From Alphaproteobacteria bacterium (GTDB taxonomy: Bacteria > Pseudomonadota > Alphaproteobacteria > G965222575), in the NCBI GenBank assembly GCA_965222575.1, contig OZ244958.1, forward strand, positions 352,001 to 416,000: a DNA stretch of 64,000 bases, written 5' to 3'. Shown here one piece after another: positions 41,461 to 52,562 of this stretch. Both the position numbers and the translations under genes were made by a program. Every line of letters starts with the position of its first letter. Position 1 is the stretch's first letter. The notes under the pieces are model-generated. The model did no database searches. It was not told the origin of the DNA and saw only the letters and a list, made by a program, of their open reading frames with translations.

Positions 41461-42507
41461 ATGAGACGCCTTCTACAACTTTTTTGCATCCTAGCCATTG
41501 TGTGTACACTTGGAGAAAGCAGGGGCGGAGAGCTACATAGTGCCGTTAAGGACAATAAAATAGACGATGTACTCAACCTGCTCGCCAAGAATCATTCTAT
41601 CAACAGCCCCGACTATGAAGCCAATACCCCCTTACACCTAGCAATCCAAGAAGGGCATACCAAGCTTATCAAGCTCTTAATAGAGAAAGGGGCAGACATA
41701 TGGGCAAAAAATCAACAAGGCGCCCTACCCTTCCATTTAGCAGCCTACAAAGGCAACACAGAGATACTCAAGGATTTACTCAAAAGAGATTCCCGTCAAC
41801 TGCACACTCCTGATAACAACAATTATCAACCGCTACACTGGGCGACTTACGGTGCGCATCTTGAGACGATTTCCCTTCTAGTACAGGCGGGAAGCAATTT
41901 AGAGTCACAAGGGGGGTTTCCGTTGCACACACCCTTGCATACTGCCATTAGAAGCGGCACTTTGTCAGCCATAGAGCATTTGCTTAAGCTCGGGGCGAAT
42001 CTCAACGCTAAGACAAAAACTGGTTATACGCCTCTTTTGCTCGTACTGAACTTTCGCCACCCTAATATAGAGGACATCGTAACCCTCCTTCTCCAACAAG
42101 GTAGCTCTCTTGAGGCACGCAATCACTTTCAGATGAACGCCTTACATATGACTGCGAAAAGCGGGGATGAGCAGCTCAGTCTCTTACTGATAGCAAATGG
42201 AGCCGATTTAGAGCTTAAAGACTCCGCAGGCTATACCCCCCTACAATGGGCGGTGTATAGCAAAAACCTTGACCTCATCAAAACCCTCATTGAACAAGGG
42301 GCGGATATCAATACACAGGATAATGAAGGCAAAACACCCCTACAATGGGCTTCCTTTGATGGCAACACAGAGATAGTACAGGTATTGCTCAAAGCTGGAG
42401 CTTTGGTGCAACACAAAAACAAAAAGGATAAAAATGCCTTGGACATTGCCAAAGAACAAGAACATATTGAACTTGTTAACCTCCTTCAAGACGCCCTAAA
42501 ACAATGA
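41461..42507 (+). CDS. Ankyrin-repeat protein with N-terminal signal peptide
   Basis: About 9 repeats of TPLHxA...LLxxGAD; hydrophobic MRRLLQLFCILAIVC leader. Confidence 0.9.
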   Translation: MRRLLQLFCILAIVCTLGESRGGELHSAVKDNKIDDVLNLLAKNHSINSPDYEANTPLHLAIQEGHTKLIKLLIEKGADIWAKNQQGALPFHLAAYKGNTEILKDLLKRDSRQLHTPDNNNYQPLHWATYGAHLETISLLVQAGSNLESQGGFPLHTPLHTAIRSGTLSAIEHLLKLGANLNAKTKTGYTPLLLVLNFRHPNIEDIVTLLLQQGSSLEARNHFQMNALHMTAKSGDEQLSLLLIANGADLELKDSAGYTPLQWAVYSKNLDLIKTLIEQGADINTQDNEGKTPLQWASFDGNTEIVQVLLKAGALVQHKNKKDKNALDIAKEQEHIELVNLLQDALKQ

Positions 42508-42515
42508 GGCATTAG

Positions 42516-43013
42516 GTGAGAATCCTCGGCTTAGACCCCGGCTTAGAAAATGTAGGATGGTGTTTCATAGACCAAAAAGACAACACCATAAAAGGAGTTG
42601 CTATCGGTACTATTAAAACCAAAAGCACAACCCCAATAGGCACACGGCTTTTTCAGATTTTTGACGCCCTTGACAAGCTTGTCTCTGAGTATAAACCCTC
42701 AGTCGCCGCTGTGGAAACAAGCTTTGTCTCCCAATACCCACAATCTACCTTGAAACTAGGCATGGCAAGAGGGACTTGTCTAGCAGCCCTGTCTAAAAGT
42801 ACACTCCCCATTTACGAATACGCACCCCTCACTATCAAAAAAGCCATCTCAGGAAAAGGAAAAAGCTCAAAAGACACCGTCAAAAAAATGGTCTCAATTT
42901 TTTTGCCTGCCCTTACTATCAGTACCCACCACGCAAACGATGCCGCCGCCGCCGCCCTCTGCCATAGCCACCACCAACAAAGTAAACACCCCGCTTCAAG
43001 AACTTTACCATGA
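42516..43013 (+). CDS. ruvC: Holliday junction resolvase RuvC
   Basis: ILGLDPG, LKLGMARG, EYAPLTIKKAISGKG, HANDAAAAALCH. Confidence 0.95.
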   Translation: MRILGLDPGLENVGWCFIDQKDNTIKGVAIGTIKTKSTTPIGTRLFQIFDALDKLVSEYKPSVAAVETSFVSQYPQSTLKLGMARGTCLAALSKSTLPIYEYAPLTIKKAISGKGKSSKDTVKKMVSIFLPALTISTHHANDAAAAALCHSHHQQSKHPASRTLP

Positions 43014-43597
43014 TAGCGTCACTAGAAGGTACCCTACAATACAAAGGACTACAGCAGGCAGTGATTGCCTTACACGGCATAAGTATTGAAGTCCTGTGTG
43101 CCCCCAGTACTCTTGAAAAACTCGGAGAAGAAGGACAAGCAGTTAAGTTATATACCTATTTACATGTACGAGAAAATGCCCTGACTCTGTACGGCTTCTT
43201 GACAAAGAATGCCAAAGACTGCTTTTTACAGCTCCTCTCCATTCACGGCATAGGCCCCTCCTTAGGATTATCCATTATGGGGGCGCTAACCCCAGAGGCA
43301 CTAGCAAATGCTGTCCTTAAGAAAAATGCAAGCGCCTTTGAATCCATCAGCGGTGTTGGGAAAAAAATGGCAGAACGTCTTCTCTCAGAACTCTCAAGCC
43401 GTACCCTCTCCACCATTGACCCTATAACCGCCACCGCCCTCTCCACCGCCGAAGAAGACACAAAAACTGCCCTCTTGCGTCTCGGATTCAAAGTATCAGA
43501 AGCCACAAAAGCCATAGAAAAAGCACGTTGTGCAACAACGGACAATCACCAGCTGCTCATCACCGCTTTACAACTCTTAGGCAAGAAATCCTTTTGA
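43010..43597 (+). CDS. ruvA: Holliday junction branch migration protein RuvA
   Basis: MIASLEG, VREN..LYGF, HhH motifs IHGIGP and ISGVGKK. Confidence 0.95.
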   Translation: MIASLEGTLQYKGLQQAVIALHGISIEVLCAPSTLEKLGEEGQAVKLYTYLHVRENALTLYGFLTKNAKDCFLQLLSIHGIGPSLGLSIMGALTPEALANAVLKKNASAFESISGVGKKMAERLLSELSSRTLSTIDPITATALSTAEEDTKTALLRLGFKVSEATKAIEKARCATTDNHQLLITALQLLGKKSF

Positions 43598-43662
43598 GGG
43601 ACTATAAAGCCTCCGACTAACGCCTCCCGACTTCCCCCTAGGGGGTTCCCCTAGCCAATCCC

Positions 43663-44401
43663 TTACGGAGTAGCAAAGAGGGCATCATCATCAATATTAA
43701 CCTTAAACTCCAATGTGCCTAGTAATTGCGAGACATCTTTAATATTATGCTTTGTTCTGTAAGCAAAAAACTTCAACGGGTCACTCACTGTTAACTTTCC
43801 ATAAACTTTGATTATCTGTTTGTGATTCTCCCTAGCAGCAATCGAGGATAAGCTGCCTACAGCAAAATCAACAGTATATTTTAAACCTATCACCGTTGCT
43901 CCACTACTGGGCCTAAAAACAACGGGAGAGAATGCTCTGAAAGAGCCACTACCAGGCTGAGTATTAGTCCTCACAATTAGTGAGGTGTTGGCTGGTAGCG
44001 TGCCGCCATCAAACTTAAACTCTAACGCCACTCCCGCCTCTTCCAAATTAACAGACCTCGCTTTGTAATCAATCCTTATATTTATATCTCTCAGATACCA
44101 TACCACGATGTGGGCCCTCGAGAGTCCCCGGTGTAATTGTGAATTCCCCTACCTGTGCAAAAGACCCGTAAGGAGTGGCATTCTCACATTCTGTGATTCC
44201 ACCTTCCTTTAAGTCACAGACAACACTCTCCCCTTGATTGAGTTGTATCGGGGTCACAGTATAAGCCCCAAAGTTTAGGTGTGTATCTACTGTAATGTCA
44301 GGTTGCACAGTATCCCCTGTCGTCGCCAAGAGCTGTCCGCCTTGAAGAACAGCCCCCACAACAACAATACTTAAGGATATCTTTTTGAAAGACTTCTTCA
44401 T
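43663..44401 (-). CDS. Secreted pilin/adhesin-like protein, cassette copy 3, split by a 1-nt frameshift at about 44128
   Basis: 44069-44401 holds the N-terminal constant block and 43663-44106 the C-terminal block; removing one G from CCGGGGAC joins them. Confidence 0.7.
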
Positions 44402-44522
44402 CTACAAGCTCCTGTAGTTATTTATAGACGGGTTGCCTATATAATAGGACAATTCCAAGCCCCTTGTCAAGACCCCCTAGGGGCAACCCCTTTGGGGGAA
44501 AAAGCCCTACTCCCTACGGACT

Positions 44523-44753
44523 TTATTGAAACCAGAGATAGTAATGACCAATCCAAGCCACAAAAGCGGACAAGAGGAGTGTAGCCAAAGAGGTCAGGAG
44601 GAGTTTCCATCCAAGAAGGGGTCTATTAGGCGCTCCTCTTTGTTGTCCTTCTATGGGCTTGCGGTCGTGGCCTTTTAAGCCAAAGGGAAGGGTGAGGAAA
44701 AAAATCAGCCACCATATCAGGGGAAAGCTTAGGGCAAAAATAAGCCAAAACAT
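44523..44753 (-). CDS. DUF1467 family membrane protein
   Basis: IWWLIFFLTLPFG...GAPNRPLL; downstream of rnj as in alphaproteobacteria. Confidence 0.8.
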   Translation of the reverse strand: MFWLIFALSFPLIWWLIFFLTLPFGLKGHDRKPIEGQQRGAPNRPLLGWKLLLTSLATLLLSAFVAWIGHYYLWFQ

Positions 44754-44771
44754 TATTGTAAAGCCTACCGC

Positions 44772-46445
44772 TTAAAGCATCACCACATTAGCAATAACCA
44801 GTGGCGCAGCGGGGGAATCCAACAATTTGATTAAGAGACTGGTGGCTTTTTTTTCGGCTTTGCGGGTGATTTCTTCTTCACTTAGAGACTGAACAGAGCG
44901 GGGGAATTGTTTTTCCAGCGCCCCTGCTATTTTCTCCAGAATGTCATCGGAGAGCAGGATGCCTTTTTCCGTCATGGTAAGACCGCGCGATAAGTAGCCT
45001 TCTTCATTAAAAACGAGGGTGATAATCAAAGACCCCGCTGCCCCCATAATAGAGCGTTGTCTAAAACAGGGGTCATCAATTGGTATCAAGTCGCCTGTGA
45101 TATCTAGGGCTTTAGGTCTGAGGGGAATGCTATGAAGAAGTTTAGGCGTCTCTGGGGCGAGTTGCCACAGCTGTCCATTACGGGCAGGTATCACTTGCTT
45201 AATGCCTTGTGCTTTCGCAAATTGTTCGTGGTAGGCGAGGTGTTGACTTTCTCCATGAAGAGGAATGAGCAGGTGAGGATTGAGCCACTGGTACATTTTC
45301 TTTAGTTCCTGTTGCCCCGCGTGTCCTGAGGCGTGGATGGTGAGGTCGTCTGCGCTTATCACTTCTACTCCTGCTTCCACGAGGAGATTCACAATACGGG
45401 CTATGGACTTTTCGTTACCGGGAATCTTCTTAGCGGAAAACAAGACCACATCTCCTGCTTCTAGTGTCACTTGGGGGTGTCTCTGGTGGGCAATCTTGTC
45501 CATAGCGCTCATCTTTTCCCCTTGTGAACCTGTACACAGAAATAGCTGTTCCCCAATAGGCAAAGAGGCTCCTTCCTGAGGAGAGAGAAAGTCTTCCGCC
45601 CGAAGATAGCCACAACGCTTTGCCACTTCTAAAAACCTTTTCAAAGACCGCCCCACGAGAATGACTTGTCTGTTGGTGGCCTTTGCAACTTCGAGAACTG
45701 TTTTAATACGGCTAATCTGTGAGGAAAAGGTTGTCACAACAATGCGTCTTTTTTGTTGACCTATCACTGTCTTTAGGGTCTCTTCCACTGTCTTTTCCTG
45801 ACAAACAGGCGTCTTCACCATCACATTGGTGGAATCACAGCCAAAGACTAAGACTCCTTCCTTCCCTACGGACTCAAAGAGCTTCTCATCATAAACACTA
45901 TCTTTCAGTAAGGAAGTATTATCCAATGTCCAGTCTCCGCTATGCACAATGGTCCCTAGGGGCGTTGTAATTTTCACCATACGCGACTGTGGAATAGAGT
46001 GCGTAATTGGCAACAAAGACACCTCAAAAACTCCAGCTTTAACAGATTGCGTGTCCTCTAAAACAGAGACAGGAATCAGGGGCTTTTTCCCTTTTCGAAA
46101 TTTTCCTTCCTCTTTCAGGCGCACGTCAAGAAACGCGCGCGCAAACGGCGTCGCATACACAGGACACCCCAGCTTCTCATAGAGCATATGCACAGCCCCA
46201 ATATGGTCTTCATGGGCATGGGTAATAACAAGCCCCACAAGGTCTTCACGACGCTTTTCAATCCACTCAATATCCGGCACAAGAATATCAACGCCCGGGA
46301 CATCTCCTCCGGTGAACCCAATCCCAAGGTCTACCATGAGCCATTGTTCTTTCTCTCCTTCGCAATAGCCGTATAAACTGAGATTCAGTCCGATTTTTCC
46401 GCACCCGCCTAAGGGTAAAAATTTTAACTCTCCTTGCTCTGTCAT
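44772..46445 (-). CDS. rnj: Ribonuclease J
   Basis: PLGGCGKIGLN, THAHEDHIGA, TGSQGE, HASGHA. Confidence 0.95.
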   Translation of the reverse strand: MTEQGELKFLPLGGCGKIGLNLSLYGYCEGEKEQWLMVDLGIGFTGGDVPGVDILVPDIEWIEKRREDLVGLVITHAHEDHIGAVHMLYEKLGCPVYATPFARAFLDVRLKEEGKFRKGKKPLIPVSVLEDTQSVKAGVFEVSLLPITHSIPQSRMVKITTPLGTIVHSGDWTLDNTSLLKDSVYDEKLFESVGKEGVLVFGCDSTNVMVKTPVCQEKTVEETLKTVIGQQKRRIVVTTFSSQISRIKTVLEVAKATNRQVILVGRSLKRFLEVAKRCGYLRAEDFLSPQEGASLPIGEQLFLCTGSQGEKMSAMDKIAHQRHPQVTLEAGDVVLFSAKKIPGNEKSIARIVNLLVEAGVEVISADDLTIHASGHAGQQELKKMYQWLNPHLLIPLHGESQHLAYHEQFAKAQGIKQVIPARNGQLWQLAPETPKLLHSIPLRPKALDITGDLIPIDDPCFRQRSIMGAAGSLIITLVFNEEGYLSRGLTMTEKGILLSDDILEKIAGALEKQFPRSVQSLSEEEITRKAEKKATSLLIKLLDSPAAPLVIANVVML

Positions 46446-47257
46446 TGTGTTATGCCTCGTGATTGCTTTTTGTTCTCATTTTCATAAAAAGTGCACGCCA
46501 TAAGAGCTAGCGCTTTCAGTGTCCATTGCGGGTCTCTAACATGAGGGTTAAGACCTGTTATCTCATCGTGACCGGTTTGAATGAGGAGGGCGGTGCTTTT
46601 CGTGTTGAGTACCGTACTGGCCTGCTGTACCGCCGCCTCTATCATCGCCGGATAACTGCGTAGCCCGCTCTTAAGTGCTTCAAGCGTAGTCGTGCCTATG
46701 ACCGGAAATACACAGTCCCGGAGGTCTTCAACAGCCGGTAACAACGCACAGCACTCTAACCCACGCAAATAACTCGCCCGTCCCGGCAAAATAATCCCTC
46801 CACACCACTTGCCACTCTCCTCTACCACATCCACACTAACAGCCGTCCCAACATCAACTACAAGAAAGGGAGGGGCATACTGCTTCTTCGCCCCAAATAC
46901 ATTCGCTATTCTATCCTCCCCCGCCCCCTCCGGTAACACGCCTAAATCACAAACCCCCAAACAATCCCCTACCCCCAAAGGGGATACCCCACACCGCTTC
47001 TCCCACCAACGGCTAATAACAGCAGAACAATCCGGCACAACTGAAGACATAATTACTCCCCCCACCTCATCAACTCCACACTCCATAAACCTACCCCAAA
47101 GCGCCCGAAGCGTGCCCTCAGACACCGCTCTAGTCTTAAGACACTCTGAAAAATCCAAGCGCAATCCCCTAAATACCCCTACATGACAATGCGTATTGCC
47201 ACAATCAATAGCTAAAAAGGAAGTGGGAAAATTTTGAAACAAAAAGACTCTCTCCAC
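46442..47257 (-). CDS. coaX: Type III pantothenate kinase
   Basis: AIDCGNT, SSVVP, GEDR, VDVGTA, GGIILPG. Confidence 0.88.
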   Translation of the reverse strand: MERVFLFQNFPTSFLAIDCGNTHCHVGVFRGLRLDFSECLKTRAVSEGTLRALWGRFMECGVDEVGGVIMSSVVPDCSAVISRWWEKRCGVSPLGVGDCLGVCDLGVLPEGAGEDRIANVFGAKKQYAPPFLVVDVGTAVSVDVVEESGKWCGGIILPGRASYLRGLECCALLPAVEDLRDCVFPVIGTTTLEALKSGLRSYPAMIEAAVQQASTVLNTKSTALLIQTGHDEITGLNPHVRDPQWTLKALALMACTFYENENKKQSRGITQ

Positions 47258-47338
47258 TTGACATTGAAAAAAGAAATGATTATTTAAGGGTTACGGCAAT
47301 CAAGTTTTTCGTCTTAAAGAGCTAATCACTTGAAAGCC

Positions 47339-47353
47339 TTAAATGTAAATTAA
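47339..47353. promoter_or_regulatory. Candidate CtrA box (TTAA-N7-TTAA) between coaX and groES
   Basis: TTAA ATGTAAA TTAA; region is AT-rich, so a chance match is possible. Confidence 0.35.
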
Positions 47354-47516
47354 ACTTACGGTGACAACTAGAAAGTTTAGGTGTAAATAGTACGCATTGT
47401 CATGTATTGTATCCTGTAAAGGGAGGGCTTTGTCAAACAATTTTACACAAAGGTTGTGACCTCTAGTAGGATGTTTTAAGTGTTAAAAGAAATAATGATT
47501 AGGTAGGAGAGACATT

Positions 47517-47807
47517 ATGGTTAATTTTCGCCCCCTTCAAGACAGGCTTGTCGTGAAACGTTTGGATGCAGAAGAAAAAACAAAAGGCGGCATTATCATT
47601 CCGGATACGGCAAAGGAGAAGCCCCAACAGGGCAAAGTGTTAGCCGTTGGTAATGGTGCACGCGATGAACAGGGAAAAATTGTCCCTCTGGAAGTGAAAG
47701 TAGGGAATATTGTATTGTTTGGGAAATGGGGGGGTACGGAGGTAACATTGGACGGAGAAGACCTGTTGATTATGAAAGAGTCTGATGTGCTAGGCATTGT
47801 GAAGTAA
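47517..47807 (+). CDS. groES: Co-chaperonin GroES
   Basis: [10 protein letters not shown]...[14 protein letters not shown]. Confidence 0.98.
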   Translation: MVNFRPLQDRLVVKRLDAEEKTKGGIIIPDTAKEKPQQGKVLAVGNGARDEQGKIVPLEVKVGNIVLFGKWGGTEVTLDGEDLLIMKESDVLGIVK

Positions 47808-47873
47808 TCTGAAGAAGAAGAGTTTATAGTTATAGTTATTCGAAAAATTGACAAGATTAAGGAGTAAAATAAA

Positions 47874-49523
<1,650 letters not shown>

Positions 49524-50167
49524 CCCCCAATAAGCCGCAACCCCTTAACCACAAGAACTTAAGGGGAATGCCTAACAAAGAAAGGGGGGAATGTGAAGGC
49601 GGCGGTATGCCTCCTGACATGGGTGGGATGATGTAACCCCCCAATAAGCCGCAACCCCCTTAACCACAAGAACCAAAGACAACCTCTTCTATGGGCGGTA
49701 TGGGCGGCGGTATGCCCTCCTGACAGGGGGGGATGATGTAACCCCCCAATAAGCCGCAACCCCCTTAACCACAAGAACCAAAGACAACCTCTTCTATGGG
49801 CGGTATGGGCGGCGGTATGCCCTCCTGACATGGGGGGGATGATGTAACCCCCCAATAAGCCGCAACCCCTTAACCACAAGAACTTAAGGGGAATGCCTAA
49901 CAAAGAAAGGGGGGAATCCCCTGTGCCTAGTCGCCAAGCGGCAGTATACTTAAAAGGGGCGTTTCCCTTTAAGAGAACCCATGTCTACAAAGTCACCTTA
50001 AGGATATCTCTTTGGTCGTCTCTTGCCTTATAGAACTTTAAGACGCCCTGCTGCTTGTTAAGAAAAAAAACCCGCACATCTCCCCACTAGCATAGACTTA
50101 AAGGAATAGTAATCTTGTTCGTTTAGAGTGACACCCATAACAAAACCTACAACCCTAACCCTCCTTC

Positions 50168-50581
50168 ATGAGGCTCAAAGACCTTGTACAGCATTTCTCA
50201 AAAAAGTGGGCTTGTGATCCTCTCAAGCCTGATGAAAAGGGACAGTACACACTTGTCATAGAAGAACGCTTTGAGGTGCTTCTTCTTCCCCACAGGCCAA
50301 AACAACTCTTGCTTCAAACCAGCCTCGCCGTAGAGGACAATCGCTTAAAAGACCTGTTGCAAAAACATTTTGCGCGCTTGCGGCAGTACAAAGAGAAGCT
50401 ATACTTAGAACAAAACGCTTTAGTCATTGTTACCGAATTGGATTTACAAGACCTCACGTTTTCTCTTTTTGACCAAGAATTCCAACAGTTTGTAAACGCT
50501 GTGAATTTTTGGACACAACAGCTAGAAAACAGCGCACCAGTTTCTTCTCTTCCTTCATCCGCGCACATGCTCATGCCATGA
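50168..50581 (+). CDS. YscB/CesT-like type III secretion chaperone
   Basis: 137 aa; DEKGQYTLVIE...LLPH..LLLQT...ELDLQDL resembles YscB; directly upstream of the secretin as in yscB-yscC. Confidence 0.65.
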   Translation: MRLKDLVQHFSKKWACDPLKPDEKGQYTLVIEERFEVLLLPHRPKQLLLQTSLAVEDNRLKDLLQKHFARLRQYKEKLYLEQNALVIVTELDLQDLTFSLFDQEFQQFVNAVNFWTQQLENSAPVSSLPSSAHMLMP

Positions 50582-52116
50582 GAATCTTTTTCCTTGTGCT
50601 GTGTTGTCTGTGTTCGCGTAGCTTTGGGGTAGACATCCCATGGAAGCCGGTGTTGTATTCTCATTATTCTAATGGGGAGCCTTTAGTGGAACTGCTACAG
50701 GATTTTTTTTCAACGCACAACATCCAAATTATCCCCAGCGAGGCAATTACTTCGACAATCAACGGCACCTTCGTAGATGAAAAGGGCGCTGAATTTCTCA
50801 AAAAGTTAGCCGTTACCTATAATCTGCTCTGGTATTATGATGGCACCGTTGTGTATCTGTATCCCTCTTATGCCCTTGACAGCAAAGTCTTTGTGCTACA
50901 ACATTTAAGCCCCTCTTCTTTTGAGTCGCAGCTCAAACAGCTAGGCATATTAGATAAGCGTTATCCCTTTCGCATAACAAAAGAGGGGAGTCTCTTTTTT
51001 GTAGCAGGCCCTCCGCGGTATCTAGACTTATTGGCACAATCCGTCGAATTGATGGATGTGCCAACAGCACAGAAGCAACTGAAAATATTTTTTCTCAAGC
51101 ATGCTTGGGCAGAAGACCGCAAAGTCATCATCAGAGGGAAGGAACAGCACATTAAAGGGATTGCCTCTTTGCTCAAGGAGTTGCTAGCCCCCCCCCCTGC
51201 CGCCTCAAAAAAGGACGGCGACCCTGCACCCTCTGCAACAAGCCCTTCCTCTAGCGGCATCTTCATCAGTAGCGATAGTCGTATGAATGCCATCATTGTG
51301 CGTGATGATCCGCGGCGTTTTGCTCTCTATGAAGACGTTATCTCCTTATTAGATGCCCAGACAGCCTTGATTGAAATTGAAGTCACCATCTTAGATATCA
51401 ATGTAGACAAAGCTTATGAAGCAGGCGTTGATTGGCGTCATTACGGAGAAAAACACAATATAGGCTATGGAACCATTACCTCTCCTAATCCTTCTCAAGG
51501 GACGCTTGCTGTCACGAACAGCCAGTTCAGTACGATTCTCTCGGGAAAAGTGAAGACCTTTTTGGCAAAAATCAAGGCTCTTGAGACTCACGGCAATAGT
51601 CATGTTTTATCGCGTCCCACCATTGTAACGACCAACAATATGCAAGCCGTATTTGACTACAGCGGGACTTTTTACGTCAAGGTCTCAGGAGAACAATCCG
51701 GACAATTAGTGCCTGTTAGCGCAGGCGTCATGGTGAAAGTCACCCCGCGCTTGACGGAAGAGAAAAAGGACATCAAGCTAGCCGTTTCCATTGAAGACGG
51801 CAGTATTAGCCAACAACCTGCTCTAGAGGTCGAATCCCTTCCGCGTGTGAACGCTTCCACCATTAACACGGAAGCTAGCGTGCAGATAGGCGAAAGTTTA
51901 GTAATAGGCGGATATTATAGAGAAGAGGAGTCGCAATCCGTTAGTAGATTTCCTTTGTTAGGCTATCTCCCGGTGATAGAACTCTTTTTCAGTAGCAGAA
52001 GTCGTAAAAAGGTACGCATGGAAAGAGTCTTTATCATCACCCCTAGAATTGTCAAATCCTCTCACCTCAAAATCCCATCAACCATTGAAGATATCAAAAA
52101 AATCCCGAATCCATGA
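50578..52116 (+). CDS. sctC: Type III secretion outer-membrane secretin (YscC/HrcC family)
   Basis: Signal peptide, IPW...Y, LLWYYDGTVVY, AGPPRYL, LKHAWAED, DSRMNAIIVRD, RVFIITPRIV. Confidence 0.9.
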   Translation: MRIFFLVLCCLCSRSFGVDIPWKPVLYSHYSNGEPLVELLQDFFSTHNIQIIPSEAITSTINGTFVDEKGAEFLKKLAVTYNLLWYYDGTVVYLYPSYALDSKVFVLQHLSPSSFESQLKQLGILDKRYPFRITKEGSLFFVAGPPRYLDLLAQSVELMDVPTAQKQLKIFFLKHAWAEDRKVIIRGKEQHIKGIASLLKELLAPPPAASKKDGDPAPSATSPSSSGIFISSDSRMNAIIVRDDPRRFALYEDVISLLDAQTALIEIEVTILDINVDKAYEAGVDWRHYGEKHNIGYGTITSPNPSQGTLAVTNSQFSTILSGKVKTFLAKIKALETHGNSHVLSRPTIVTTNNMQAVFDYSGTFYVKVSGEQSGQLVPVSAGVMVKVTPRLTEEKKDIKLAVSIEDGSISQQPALEVESLPRVNASTINTEASVQIGESLVIGGYYREEESQSVSRFPLLGYLPVIELFFSSRSRKKVRMERVFIITPRIVKSSHLKIPSTIEDIKKIPNP

Positions 52117-52562
52117 GCGCGTATCCCCCCTGTATCACCTTTACAAAAGTCTTAAATGGCGAAGAGCTTAATCCTGTGGGGTGGGCTGTAGCAGCGGGAG
52201 AATTCGCTCATAATCAAGGCTTAACGGAAGATGATTGTTATGCTATTACTCTAGCGGTTGAAGAAATCCTCTGTAACATGATACGCCACGGACAGAAAAT
52301 ACAACAAACCGCCCTTCTCGTCATCTTGAAGGTGCGTCTCTATGAGAAAAAATGCATACTGGAATTAGAAGATAACACAAAGCGTTTCAACCTCACAACT
52401 TTCCCCCCGCATGGCATAGAAACCAAAACCATGGACGCCATCACGCCCGGCGGCTTAGGCATTGTCCTCGTAAAAGCCTTCTTTGATAGGATTAATCACC
52501 ACTATAAAAACAAGCATAACCATCTCAAACTTGAGAAACCCATCAGAAAACTTGCATCATGA
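52113..52562 (+). CDS. RsbW/BtrW-like anti-sigma factor Ser kinase
   Basis: LAVEEILCNMIRHG, GGLGIVLV (HATPase_c). Confidence 0.85.
   Translation: MSAYPPCITFTKVLNGEELNPVGWAVAAGEFAHNQGLTEDDCYAITLAVEEILCNMIRHGQKIQQTALLVILKVRLYEKKCILELEDNTKRFNLTTFPPHGIETKTMDAITPGGLGIVLVKAFFDRINHHYKNKHNHLKLEKPIRKLAS

Noticed and set aside
36510-44401. Diversity-generating retroelement or integron explanation for the cassettes
   Set aside because: Differences are not adenine-restricted and include indels; no reverse transcriptase, integrase or recognisable attC; each cassette has its own promoter region.
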